Shown piece by piece: positions 26,726 through 39,492 of a DNA stretch of 64,000 bases. The stretch comes from Antedon mediterranea. Its lineage: Eukaryota > Animalia > Echinodermata. The notes under the pieces are model-generated. The model did not search any database, was not told the DNA's origin, and was given only the letters and a program-made list of their open reading frames with translations. The DNA is taken from contig NC_092679.1 in assembly GCF_964355755.1 (NCBI RefSeq), positions 4,060,201 through 4,124,200 on the forward strand, given 5' to 3'. The position numbers were made by a program, and so were the translations under genes. The stretch's first letter is position 1. Each line of letters opens with the position of its first letter.

Positions 26726-29700
26726 GCACAAATGCCAACAATCTGAAAAAGTAAAGGCGGTATTGGTAGTTTAAAGTAAAACAATAAAGATTTTTGAAAA
26801 CTTCATGTCCTTAATTTAAGTTTAATACGTATATTAGAATTGAGTTACAAGGTTCCTTGTTTTAAAATAAATTAGGCTTTACTTACATCTTCGACTGAAA
26901 AAGCCACAGACTTATCGTTAGATCCACCAAGTTTGACAAATTTATCTTTAAAAATAAAGTACAGTAGTAATATAGTAGTAGTACAGTATATTTTTTAATT
27001 TTTGTAATGTTCTAGAGAGCATAACTTTTTAATGGAAAGAATACTTACTGATAATGTAACGGATTTTCGAAACAATCAGAAGAAATTCGTCGAAGGTGAT
27101 TTTGTTATCGCTGCCTACATAACGGCTGACAAGATGATACAGGACAGTGTCGCTGGCATAAAGACCTATAAAGAGAATTTTGAAAGATCAGCCAGTTAAA
27201 AAAGCGAGGAGCAAGAATACAGAGAGAGAAGAGGAGAAAAGACGTACCTGCTTTAACTAGGGCATCTCGCAATTCGGTTGAATCCAAGCTCCTACTGTTA
27301 TCCTTGTCTGCGGCTTTAAACATTTCCTGGTAAAAAATACATAATGGGTTGAAATTCAAAATAGAAACACATCGCAGAGTCTTGGTGGACGAGTTCGTTG
27401 CCTGGCAAATTTGAAGATGCGGGAAAGTAAAGTATACTTACGTCGCAACATTGTGCTACAGCTGCAATGGCCATGCATTCATCAGACGACAGTTGCCTGG
27501 AATCGTCATCCTATAGTACTGTTTAAGGAATAATATTGGAATAGAAACCGTAGAAACTATTTTACATAAACCCGTGTCGCGCTCGCCATTTTAATTCCAT
27601 CGAGCATCTGCCCATTTTTTTTTTAGATGTAGAACATGTAGAAACAATTCGTACTACTGAGCTACAAAGTAGCTTCAAAGTAATCTTAACCATTCCAGAA
27701 GGAATTATGGCTATAAGGATACATCAAACAATGTGGCAATAGCGGCGGACGTCTCATGTGTTATATCCGTTGGAATTATATCTGAAAGAAAGAAAGAAAC
27801 CGTTGGTTGGTTGATATTTATCTTTTGTCAGAGCTTTTCCATATTCCTAAATATACATGTGTTCTTACCATTTTCTTTCAGAGTTTTGAAAAAAGCGTCG
27901 AGTTCATTGTTGTCCATTAGGCCATCCTGATAAATGATAAATAAAGGTGGTAGTAAATGTTTGTTGCGAGGAGGTGAACATGTTTTTAGGTTTAGAACGA
28001 GTGGACCAAATAATGTGTTTTTACCTTTCCAGAGTGCTCCTCAATAAAGGCCTCCAGTATCGTTTTGTGCATTTCAGAAAGTCTATACTGTGAAATAAAA
28101 TGATAAACGTGTATTAATTTTGTACATGGTAACCAAACGTGTACTGATCGATCTGCAATTTTGACGGAAATGCTACTTACCGGAAGTGGTTGTGCAAGCT
28201 TATAAAAGTACGAAGTCTTGCCATTGACTGGTCTAAAGGTAAAAAAAGTGAGTTATCTGTAGGTAGGCTTACTATCTGTCGTACGTATATTTTTAGATAC
28301 AAGGGTCATGCGTTTACTTACTCCATTTTACATGAAAATCCACTGAAGATGCGTAATAAGAAAGGCAACTCCGTATCTCGTTTAAATGTCGACGGAATGA
28401 CGACATAGCTACCCGGGTCAAGGCTCATAAATAGTGTGGTCTCACGGACACCTTGCGAGTGTTTAACCGTATGTACCGGATTATTGTTGTGAATAAACGC
28501 TTTGTCTATAGTTGCTCCTTCTTCACACTGAAATTGAAATATTGCAGACAATAACTTGACTACCACTGAGAAGATGTATATTATTCTATAATATACACGT
28601 TTATAATAATATAAGTACCTTGAAAACATCAATGCCTAGCATATTGTCTTCATAAAATGCTTCTTCTCTGCGTTTCCCGACAGCCATTATCGAAACGATA
28701 ACCAGATCACCATCGCCTTCAACTTTGACATTATATTTTGGATTTTTATGAAAATCTAGAAATACATCCGTATATTATTTAACACATTCGTTTACATATA
28801 TTATACTATGAGATAAGGTTTCGATAGTAATGTAGTAATGATTGGCATACCGTCTTTGTTGTTTTGTAAACAGCCGATAGCCGTGCTTCCTTTTTGCCAT
28901 TTATTATAGTGTTCAGTTACGGTCCATTTTTTGTCTTTGTCCGATAGTTGAGATGGGATGTGAAGAATCTGTAAGTCCCTGAATCTTTTAATAAATTCCT
29001 TGAGGTCCATCCTGTTAAATAAATAACTTCTTATGATTTTTTTGTCTTATGTATAGTGCCATTGCGAGAAGGGATTACTACAGCAAATAAATGCTTACCA
29101 AAAATCTCCGTCAACTGTGCTGGTTATGCCAAACTCTTCTTTGAGGTCTTTACTCAAGGCCTTCATTTCTTTGGACCTACAATTATAAATGTATAGATTG
29201 TGAAGAGCCATCTACTTGATATTTAGTTTTCAATCGTATCTTTACACAATATCGTTTATAAATAACTTACTCGTCACCCCAAGGTCCAGTCCATTCGCAA
29301 CGACCAGTACTTTGGATTCGAACCAAGTTGACCGGGCACATCACACCACCATTGTTTACCATAATCTAAAAAATAAATATTTTACTAAATGCAAAAACAA
29401 AAATGTTGAGTGTACCCACTTTGGATAAGAGACAGAAGTAATTTGTTGCCACAGATTACCTTTCGAGGACTGCCCGAGACGATGAAAATTCCTTCCCTTT
29501 TTAGCCCACAATCATCAGCGCCTCTTGCCAAGGTGGCAGTCACAAGAGATCCAGTTTTCTTGTACATTTTCAATTTCGAACGTAGCGTAACTTCAGTCAA
29601 GTCGGCTAGGGGAAAGGTCTCAAGTGTACCGCCGGACAGGTCTAGTAACGCCTCTGGTTCAGTGAAAGAACAGTCCATGGCTTCATAGTTAAGTAACAGT

Positions 29701-30768
29701 CTGGAAAACAAAATTCGATTCGATATACATTAAGTACTACTGCCAAGGTTTAACGCCGAGCAACCAGTAGTTTCGGTTCCGTAGCGAACGTGACTGGGTT
29801 GGGCGGGCTTCCAATACTTACTTGGCCAAGGCTTTCTCCAAAAGAGACACCCAGAATTCATCTTTTGAGAGAGCACGGCTAAACATAAGCTTTCCATTCA
29901 AAGTCGGTAACCTATCATCAACTACGATTTCAGTCCACTTGCCAAATCGCCATAACCGGAATCTGAAGACACCCTTGTAATTCTTCGTAAACGATTGTGT
30001 TGGACATACGAAATTTAGCACAGCTGGGGCCAGGGTTACAGCTGCTAATGCGTTCATGAATGAGCCATTAACTGAAAAAAATTTTACATTATTATTATTA
30101 TTACAATCCCGGGTAAATTTTGTTTGACCAAATTAATATAAAAAGCCCAATAGTAGCCTATATAGTGTAAATAGCCTAAATGTGTAGCTTAGGATTTATA
30201 AATTGATATTGTTGCGGAAACCATCCATCCGCCTGCATCTGGCGTACGATACGTCGTGTAGTCCCATTCCATTTTAAAATCCAATTATATTTTACCTATG
30301 TTGTCGTCTCCTTCTGGAAGCATGACCTCGTTGAATGAAGCGCCATCTTTGAAAAACAAAGGTGCCTGCTCCCCACCTAAAATTTCCTATGGTAAATAAA
30401 CCGTATGAAACTAAGAATATGATTATGCATATAGGCTAAGGGCAAGTAGTAGTCCTACTGTTTGGGTACAGTAGGCCTATCAAACTGAGTGCTGCATGTT
30501 TGATATTGTATAGAAAGTTTCCGAATATTTAGGCCAGCAATGTAAATAATAAAGTAGGCCTACTCACTCTTGGGCGTAGCCATTTGATTTCTGTACGTTT
30601 TTCATAGAAAGCGGTTAGCCAAGTATTTTCAGCTCTGAATATGGAACCGCTGTCCGCTTTAAAACATGGATCCTCAAATAGATTTTTCTCGTTATATTTA
30701 GCATCCGCAATGATAGCTTCGTACTTTTGCTCACAAAGGCAATTCAATTGGATTGTTGATGCAGCCAT
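26726..30768 (-). CDS. Calpain-like protein (CysPc, C2-like and penta-EF-hand domains), catalytically degenerate
   Basis: Exons include 30568-30768, 30296-30386, 29822-30071, 29460-29700, 29271-29365, 29099-29176, 28851-29011, 28619-28755 and 28322-28527, then several short EF-hand exons to 26726. Motifs LFEDPCF, KWLRP, GVFRFRLWRFGKWTEIVVDDRLP, EFWVSLLEKALAK, EWTGPWGD, GDFWMD, PGSYVVIPSTF...FLLRIF, DKDNSRSLDSTEL. Confidence 0.9.
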
Positions 30769-31326
30769 CTTAAATATTTAGTCGAAGGTACTAGTAAATA
30801 CTATAGGTTTAACTAGAACGCCGGTATATACTCAAAAGAATCATTTTCAGCATGTTGAACCTATTTAAACATTTCACAGGAATGGCCAGGTGGAAATAAA
30901 TATGTTGATTGGCAGTTACGTAATGCGATTCATAATCATGTATACCGTATTAATGCGCGTTTGTTTATTTCTTTCCTGGTTGGTTAAGTTTACACGCATG
31001 AGCGAACTGGTGCATTTTGAGTGTAGGTCAGTGGTGGACAAGACTTATGGGACACACGTCAACAGCTACAATGGTAACTTTCCTCCTCACAGCAGTGATT
31101 TTTACTTTATTTTGTGATGTACATAAGGATGTTATTGTAAGTCACCCTGGCGATAAACGAATTTTCGGGAAGGATTTTACCATTTTTGCAAGCACACATG
31201 ATATGGTTATAGGCTAGAAACCATTCAGTTTAGCCCCATAGTTTTTAGGTATAATTTGAAACATTTCATAGCTCATACAATTTACAATATACAAATTGTA
31301 TGCACAAATCAAATTTTTAGTTAAAA

Positions 31327-31473
31327 GGTGGCCGCGGCCGCTTGCGGGAGGTGGCCGCTTTACGGAAGGTACCAAATGCACTAATTAGATAGGAAGAACA
31401 AACGGGCTTTTGAATGTACGGTCGTTAAGGGAGGTGGCCGCTTACGGAAAGTGCCACTCACGGAGGTTCAACT
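31327..31473. mobile_element. Partial Tc1/pogo-type MITE end
   Basis: Repeated GAGGTGGCCGCTT subunits ending in GGAGGTTCAACT; only one end is present. Confidence 0.45.
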
Positions 31474-31973
31474 AAAACATTTTAGTTAGCAGCGAACAGC
31501 AAAATATGCATTGTTTACACGTATCATCATCATCATCATCATCCTCATCATCATATGAAACCGCGATTTGAATAATCGTGACGCCAAGAATAATGTGCAA
31601 TGTTTTGTTTTAAAGTGTTATTATTTGTATTCAGTACATTGTTTCACAACACAATTAAACACAGTATTTTAACAATGCTAAATTCAAGTCTGAAGCAAAT
31701 AACTTAATTTGCATATTAAGTCAATACTATTGTTACTACAGCATACTGTTCTATCAATACAACCTAATAAAGGCTATACATAAATATACCTTAAGAATAA
31801 AGGCTACATAATTCAACCTTAATAAAGGCTCACAATGTTTAAATGATACTAGGATAGCACTCGAAGTAAATAGAACTTCTTGAGTTAATCATTCTGCAGA
31901 CTTTAGTTATGGAAAATATGTAGGCCTACATATAACAAATTAATAATACACATTTTTTTATATAACATTTCTT

Positions 31974-34101
31974 TCAATCTACTATCTTCCGTTGTATCCC
32001 ATTGTGATCTACCATCATACGGTTCTTATCGTCAAATCCGCCTTCATCTAAAATTCGCATTTCCATAAACGGATTGCGAAAATCCCCTTGTGTCGTCATA
32101 GGAACAACTTTTCCAGTTGTACTACTGGCTATGTACTTCCTGATTTCCCTACTTTTTATAAACTGAGTCATTATCACCGAATCGTCGGTACCTCTGTCGT
32201 TGTACAGTTTAAAAGAAAACCTTTCACATGTAAAAGGAATGTTATCTTCCTCTATCTGCAAAAAAAATATTCATCTTTAAAATTCTTCAAACTGTTGACA
32301 ATTCCGTGATAAATCCGGTTTTCCACAATGCGAATTTATTTGTGCGAATTGAAAGCGTATTATTATTTTCATCTAAAGCTCTGTCTACACTATCAAATTC
32401 TATGTGACAAAAAAATCTTGTTTTCCCAAAATTATATGGACGTAAATCACTACCATATTTTGGAATATTACTATCATATTTGGACACACACTTTTTTTGT
32501 CAAACTATAGTTTGATAGTGTAGATAGAGCTTAATACTTTTGTGACGTAATCAATATCCTTAATTGATCCACTTGATCATCAGAATGAATAAATTAAAAC
32601 AAAATATATATAAACAGGCTTAAGATACTTACACTGTCTTTAATAGCGACCAGTGATGGTTGCATTGTGTCAACACCTATAAGAACTAACTTGTACGTGT
32701 AGTCTGCTGGGTCGTTTCCTGGTTCGACGTCGTCATCCAAAGTATCCACTGGAGGTTCCATCATTTTCAGTCTCATTACATTAAATGGTTGGTCGTCTGC
32801 TGTGTCCTTTATAAATCTTACTCTTGTTGCTGTAAAAAATATGGAAAGAAGAAATGCAAAAACTATACTGTCAAAACGGTAATACAAGCAAGTAAGGTTT
32901 ATAGTAAATGCACTAAGTAATTCCTGAACAGAGAAATTAGCGAGTTGACAAATATCTCAAGTTTCGGAGTGTAATCGTTAACAACCTGTAACTTTCTGCT
33001 TCCTGTAAGGAACGGTATGGGCTTACTGCAAACCATACTTAACCAATGCTTAACAATTGAAAAGACCTCTTCCTTTAGTCAACTTGTTATTGTCTATTGT
33101 ATTGTATTTGGTCTATAGAACCAAACAGGATACCCAATGTAAAGCCTTGTTTACACTATCAAACTTTATGTGACAACAAAAAATGTTTGGCTATCATTGC
33201 CATATTTGTGCACATCACACTTTTTTTGTCAAACTAGTTTGATAGTGTGGACAGAGCTTAAGTTGATAGTGTGGACAGAGCTTAAGTTGATTTTGTTTCG
33301 GTCTACATAATACTTTTTTTCTCGAACGTGTGAAAACTGTACATTTGTATGACGCAGGGAAGATTAAACGACTAATTTTTATTTTAAAAAACGTCAGGTA
33401 TCCAATTAATCTTCCTAACAAAATACACAAGCATTCGAATCACTTACATCTAGAATCGGAAAGGCATCCCGAGAAATCAACACTACGAAAAGGAAAGTTT
33501 GGTATTTGCTCTCCGATTTTCAGCAATCCATCATTTGCGGAAGATTTTACGGATACTATTCTACCAAAATCTTCATCCGGCCACTATAACAATAGTAAAA
33601 CATCATAATAAATAGATTAATAAAAAATAACAATGTTTCTCAGTATCGTAAAATATCTGGGCCGTACGATCTAGCGACAATAAACCACCAGATATGACGG
33701 AGAGAGCCATCCATAACACCCAAATATTACACACAGAAACCTATGTTACGGTTACGGTCAGCAGACATGATACTACAGACTGTTGATAGGATGATACAAT
33801 GTATATTTAGTGAAACTAAACTAGTAAAAATAGGGGTGCATGTGGTACTTACATTTATTCTAGGTTCCGCAGATTTTAACTGAAATGAAAATAGTAATAA
33901 TTAAATGTATTGTAGGTTAAAATTAGTTTGCTTCACTTTATGTAAAAAAAAACCATAGGCATCCATTTCCTTGGACTCTTTTATTGTGTATTTTTTAATT
34001 GAGATCCAGATATTATGCCTATATAAAAATATATATTTAACAGTAACACTTACCCTTTTGATAGGAACAACGCTGCCAGTGTTGCTCATTATTCGACTCA
34101 T
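31974..34101 (-). CDS. 229-aa leaderless protein, putative IL-1/FGF-type beta-trefoil cytokine-like
   Basis: Five GT-AG exons that join into one open frame: 34054-34101, 33853-33879, 33448-33583, 32633-32829, 31974-32255 (intron phases 0,0,1,0). No hydrophobic leader; short beta-strand-like alternating segments. The gene model is well supported; the family call is inference. Confidence 0.6.
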
Positions 34102-34149
34102 GATGAAATACTATTACTACTGCTCTGACAACAGAGTTTCATTACATAC

Positions 34150-34200
34150 TATTGTTATACTTCTTCCGGTGGTGGGTGTTGGGTGGGATTTCCCCGCTTC
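34150..34200 (-). promoter_or_regulatory. Proximal promoter of the 229-aa gene: kB site plus TATA-like element
   Basis: GGGATTTCCC at 34185-34194 fits GGGRNWYYCC. TATAAC on the minus strand at ~34154-34159; ATG at 34101. Confidence 0.45.
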
Positions 34201-34388
34201 AAAATAACTTTTCGATATCATGTGCATTTCTGTATAATACTGTACGTTTCGTTCATATGAATAACTGTAAGTTTCATTTTTGTTTATTGTTGTAGTATGG
34301 AATCGATTCATCATCACGTGCATGCACTGTCTTTATCCGCCATAAAACCTGTCTCATTAAAATCATTGTCTGAATAAACTTAATCATA

Positions 34389-35072
34389 TTATTTGTATAG
34401 ATCATTTAGATTCCAAAGCTATATACTTTTTACATTTCTCAAGGCTCTACAACCCACTATGTCGGTCGGTTGGTCGGTCAGTCGGTTGGTTGATAACACT
34501 AACTTGAGCACGCGACTGCAGCCATGTATATGGCCTTGTTATGTTCATACATAACACGTGGAGTAGAACGCCTAAATATAACATTACCCTACTATACCAT
34601 TAGTTTAAGATTCAAAGTTGCAAGCGCTAAAATATGAAATAACCTACCAACTGAAATTAAATATTCCCCAACAATTGCTTCATTCAAACCTAGATATCGA
34701 TCTCATATTTTTTTTGGCAAGTCTATTTTTTTATTTGTATAGATCATTTAGATTCCAAAGCTATATACTTTTTACATTTCTCAAGGCTCTACAACCCACT
34801 ATGTCGGTCGGTTGGTCGGTCAGTCGGTTGGTTGATAACACTAACTTGAGCACGCGACTGCAGCCATGTATATGGCCTTGTTATGTTCATACATAACACG
34901 TGGAGTAGAACGCCTAAATATAACATTACCCTACTATACCATTAGTTTAAGATTCAAATTTGCAAGCGCTAAAATATGAAATAACCTACCAACTGAAATT
35001 AAATATTCCCCAACAATTGCTTCATTCAAACCTAGATATCGATCTCATATTTTTTTTGGCAAGTCTATTTTT
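34389..35072. repeat. Near-perfect tandem duplication of about 342 bp
   Basis: 34389-34730 is almost identical to 34731-35072. It contains an interspersed-repeat fragment that also occurs inverted at ~655-735 (CATGGCTGCAGTC...CCGACCGACCGACATAGTG). Confidence 0.9.
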
Positions 35073-35784
35073 TTTTCATAATTTGTCTTGTATTTAAGAC
35101 AGGACCACGATGCAAAACAGTTTTTCCTTTACCTGATTATGTGGTAAATGTTAAAAATAAATATGTAACTGCCGATCTGTTTGTATTGTTTGTATATATG
35201 GCAGTTACTTGTATTAAAGGCTTTTTATGTTTAATAAAACCCCTAAAATACATTTTCTAAATAATACATCAACTATTTTTGTTTCAGTGAGGTGTGATTG
35301 CTGCTGCAGTTGGTACCATTAACTAGTTTCATCGTTCCATGTTGAAGGGAAGAATTGGCTGGCAATTGGAACTTATACCATGTAATAAGCCGTATTGGTT
35401 TAAAGGTAGGTTGTTTTGGAGCAGATTAGCAAACTCCTATTTTAGTGCGATATTAATATCATCAATGGATTTAAATGAAAGCCATTGCATCAAAATACCT
35501 CATGATTAGCAATACTGTAATAAGAAAGAATATTGCATTTGAGGAAGCGTTAATAACCCGGTATATAACCCGGTATATAACCCGGAAGGAAATGGTCGGG
35601 GACTATAGGAGGTTTTATAGACCTATGTAGGCCTAACTGTTGGATATCATATGAAAATGAAATGAAATCTAATACTATTTAAGTCGAAGTTCGTCTTGTG
35701 CTATCGTCATTAGTCTTTCCTTCTTCATCTTGAAATAGAAAGGTATTTCCTCGAAAGTGATAGAGGTTTTAAGAACTTAAGAAC

Positions 35785-35845
35785 GTTGATTGGAGGTTAT
35801 ATGACGTCGTCGTCATTGGTGTTTTAGCATCCAGGAAAGTCCCGA
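35785..35845 (-). promoter_or_regulatory. Cluster with a canonical kB site, a CRE-like site and CCAAT boxes
   Basis: GGAAAGTCCC at 35834-35843 (reverse complement GGGACTTTCC), TGACGTC at ~35802, ATTGG at ~35789 and ~35815. Confidence 0.4.
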
Positions 35846-35998
35846 AAATTATTGTTCAATTTAAATATATAAATCCAAAGGCAAATTACTGACAAAAATG
35901 ACAATGCTGTGGGTATCAGTGGCTGGATCTCAATGGAGATACAACAAAAAAGAAGCGAAAAGCTAAATCAAAACGATAAAGTAAACATCCAGAAAAGT

Positions 35999-36040
35999 TA
36001 GCAGAGCTTTCGGGCAACACTAGCCCTTCATCAGTGCAAG
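35999..36040 (-). ncRNA. Minimal hammerhead ribozyme (inverted pLTR of PLE1)
   Basis: Reverse complement reads GCA-CTGATGA-AGGGC-TAGTGTT-GCCC-GAAA-GCTC-TGC. Confidence 0.7.
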
Positions 36041-37290
36041 TGTGCAATTTAAATATATATATATATATTTAGATACATTGACGACATCTTCATGATCTGG
36101 ACCCATGGTGAAGATAATTTGGAATCTTTTCTTCTCAATATTAATTCAGTCCACCCAACTATCAAATTTACAGCTACCAAATCCACTAGTAGCGTTGATT
36201 TTTTGGACACTATAGTGACCATAGAAAATGGTACACTCAAAACTGATCTATTCCGTAAACCCACGGATAAAAATATGTACCTGCTCCCTAGCAGTTGTCA
36301 CCCCCGACACTGTACTAAAAACATAGCGTACAGTCAAGCATTACGTATCAGACGTATCTGTTCTTCAGATTTAGATTTTCAGAATCGTACCGAAGAACTA
36401 ACCGGTCGTCTCCGGAATAGAAATTACAAGAAGGAATACATTGAAACTGCTATAAAGAAAGCAAAACATATTCCTCGATGTCAAACACTGACGTACAAGC
36501 CACGTCACGTCAGCCAAAAAAATCGACCAGAGTGCCATTGGTCACAACCTACCACCCTAGGTTGCCTCCATTACGGGCTATTATTGAGAAACATATGCCC
36601 ATTCTACAGTCCACAGAACGTCTCAGGACTGTTTTTCCGGAACCACCCATTATTGCATTTCGTAGACCTCCCAACCTTCATGATATATTAGTCAGATCCA
36701 AATTTAAGAGTGAAATTAACTTAAAAATTTGCGGCAAATCTTGCAAAACTTGTTCATTGGTTGATTCTACTGAAAAATTTGAGAGTAACCAAACTGGCCG
36801 CTTTTTTCGGATAAGACAATCAATTAATTGTCTAACCAAAAACGTCATTTATCTCATATACTGTAATATTTGTGGCAAACAGTACGTCGGAGAAACGAAA
36901 AACACTGTCCGTATGAGAATGACACAACATAGATCAGCTATCAAAACATTAAAGCTTGATCAACCTGTAGCCGAACATTTTAATTCAGCTGGTCACTCGA
37001 TTGAAAATTTCAGAGTTGCAATAGACCACGATGTCAAATGGAGCGACAAAACTCGCAAAGACAAAGAAAACCACTGGGAATTACTACTTAAAACCACAAA
37101 ACCTTTTGGACTTAACATTAGGAACATACTCTCAGATCGGTAAAATTATTCCATTGACTACCAAATTTTAAGTTTCAATATTAACCACCATTTTAGCTGT
37201 TTTTTTAGTTCCATTCCAAAATTGTTTATATCTCTACCAAGCTACCTTCTTTGTTTTCTACTCTTATTCAGTCTCCACCCACTATTCAAC

Positions 37291-39350
37291 GGATGCTAGT
37301 CAAGTCGCCCCATCGCAAAGTCGCCCCATACTAAGTCGCCCCTTACACAGTCGCCCCATCGCAAAGTCGCCCCAAAACAAAGTCGCCCCGACACAGTCGC
37401 CCTATCGCAAAGTCGCCCCATCGCAAAGTCGCCCCATCGCAAAGTCGCTCCATCGCAAAGTCGCCCCATCGCAAAGTCGCCCCATCGCAAAGTCGCCCCA
37501 AAACGTTAAAAAATAGTTTACAAGTGCGTAAAATGTTGCAATGATACACAATAACACAGAACGTGTAGGCATAAAAGGGGAAGCCCCGCCATGTAGTTTC
37601 AGGTCACACGATCGGCACGCACCCCCATATCAGAGAGGAAGCCCCCGACTAATCACTCGGTCGCACTCCGCGGTCGCACTAACGTGCTAGCTTACCAGAG
37701 GGAAACCCCCGTAATTACTCCGCCGTTGCCGTTGTCGCACTCTACAACGCACCATCTGAAGATGGGGAAACTCCGCCGGAGTTTTACGATGATATCAGTC
37801 GCGTTCGAAATCGGTCGCGATAAAATGATGTTATACGATCTAGATTATTTTTACTTTGGTCGATGAATATTTATTATTATTATTATTAGGCCTATATTAA
37901 TAATTGATTTTTGTTTTTATTTTACAGGTCAGTATGATGAGAAAGATGTGTGGCTTAAAAAATGACAATTTGTAAACATAGTTTAAGATATAGTATTATC
38001 CAACATAATGTCATTTAACAGTACATAATTATTTAAATGTGAAATATTTTATAGGAAACGTAGGCTACGTCCGTGTCTTTTATTTTATTAGCAACAAATT
38101 ACGTAAAACAATTTATTTATAAACATTCAGTTTACTATTATATACATAGTATTACAGTGAACATTGATTGTAAGACTCCTGGAAAGGCAATCCCATCATT
38201 ATATCCCATTATAAAATTGCATCATATCACCACTATATGTCGTAAATGATAACGTGCGTGTGTGTATTTGTCGTACGTCCGTGTACGTATTATTACGTGC
38301 CTCTTCACTGTCTTGTTTAATTTAAAATTAAATAAACACCTGATATGAGGATATTTATTAGGCATTATAATTAGAATGTTCTATAACCAAAAGGATTGAA
38401 AAGAATTTCTTCAGTAAAATGATCATTGTGCTGTTGAATAAAAGGCGACTCGCCATCTGAAACATTCTCTGAATCCAATCGGAGCTGCGCCTTCTGGTAT
38501 CTGTTTCCTCACAGCTGCTACGTCTTTCTGCTGACCGTCGGGAATTCCCCTTTTTAAAAAACACGCACACGATACTGTACGATGGTTTTTCCATGGTCAA
38601 AATGTCGCGTTTTAATTTTACTAATACCTGCATGTAAAACAATCATATTGGCGATGAAATCCCCTTTTTTTTTTCTTCATTTTGAAAAGTCATTATAAAA
38701 TTAAGACACATAACTTGTCAATAAATGCAAAATGATCAATAAGTAGCCTATAACACTTATTGTCTTACAACACTGTTATTGTTTTAACTACTGTAAATCT
38801 ATACGAAGGCCTACTACACATTTATTATATTATCCTAAAAAATGAGCTGGTATCGCGTAGGTTGAAGAAATTGTAATTGTGGCTCTGGTAACTAATTTTA
38901 AAATCATATTAAATTAACATTTTCGAAACTATAAATCAGGGATAATCTTTTTAAAACTTTCAAACAAGGGACTATTTTTTTAATGATTTTTAAAAAGCAC
39001 ATCACTCCATTAAAACCTGTAAAATACAAATTAAAACACATATTATGTATATAATAGGATAAACATTAATATTATACGACATTTAGCGCGACCAAAGTAA
39101 CAACGCAATCGATATCAAACGCAACCGATATGATTAAATCCGTGGGCGACTTTGCGATGGGGCGACTTTGCGTTGGGGCGACTTTGCGATGGGGCGAATT
39201 TGCGATGGGGCGACTTTGTAATGGGGCGACTTTGAGATGGGGCGACTGTGCCGGGGCGACTTTGTTTTGGGGCGACTTTGCGATGGGGCGACTTTGTATT
39301 GGGCGACTTTGTATGGGGCGACTTTGCGATGGGGCGACTTGACTGGATCC
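37291..39350. mobile_element. Non-autonomous foldback/MULE-type DNA transposon with tandem-repeat TIRs
   Basis: 9-bp TSD CTATTCAAC at 37282-37290 and 39351-39359. Ends GGATGCTAGTCAAGTCGCC / GGCGACTTGACTGGATCC. TIRs of about 210 bp built from ~17-bp units AAAGTCGCCCCATCGC (37300-37500; 39143-39345). No transposase ORF. Confidence 0.85.
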
Positions 39351-39451
39351 CTATTCAACACGCTGTTTCTATTGTTATATTTCTTTTATTCCTGTCCACC
39401 CAGGCAGCACTTGCCAACTCATATGCTATGACTTTATCCAAATTCCCTCAC

Positions 39452-39492
39452 TTGCACTGATGAAGGGCTAGTGTTGCCCGAAAGCTCTGCTA
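39452..39492 (+). ncRNA. Minimal hammerhead ribozyme (3' pLTR of PLE1)
   Basis: CTGATGA at 39457-39463, stem II GGGC/GCCC, GAAA at 39480-39483, palindromic AGCT stem III, stem I GCA/TGC. Confidence 0.75.

Noticed and set aside
31600-31973. AU-rich elements in the 3'UTR of the cytokine-like gene
   Set aside because: Isolated ATTTA pentamers are expected by chance at this AT content.
37296-39460. ORFs with repeated MGRLC/ATLRWGDF peptides; CRISPR-like appearance
   Set aside because: These are translations of the 17-bp tandem units in the transposon TIRs. There are no unique spacers and no cas genes.
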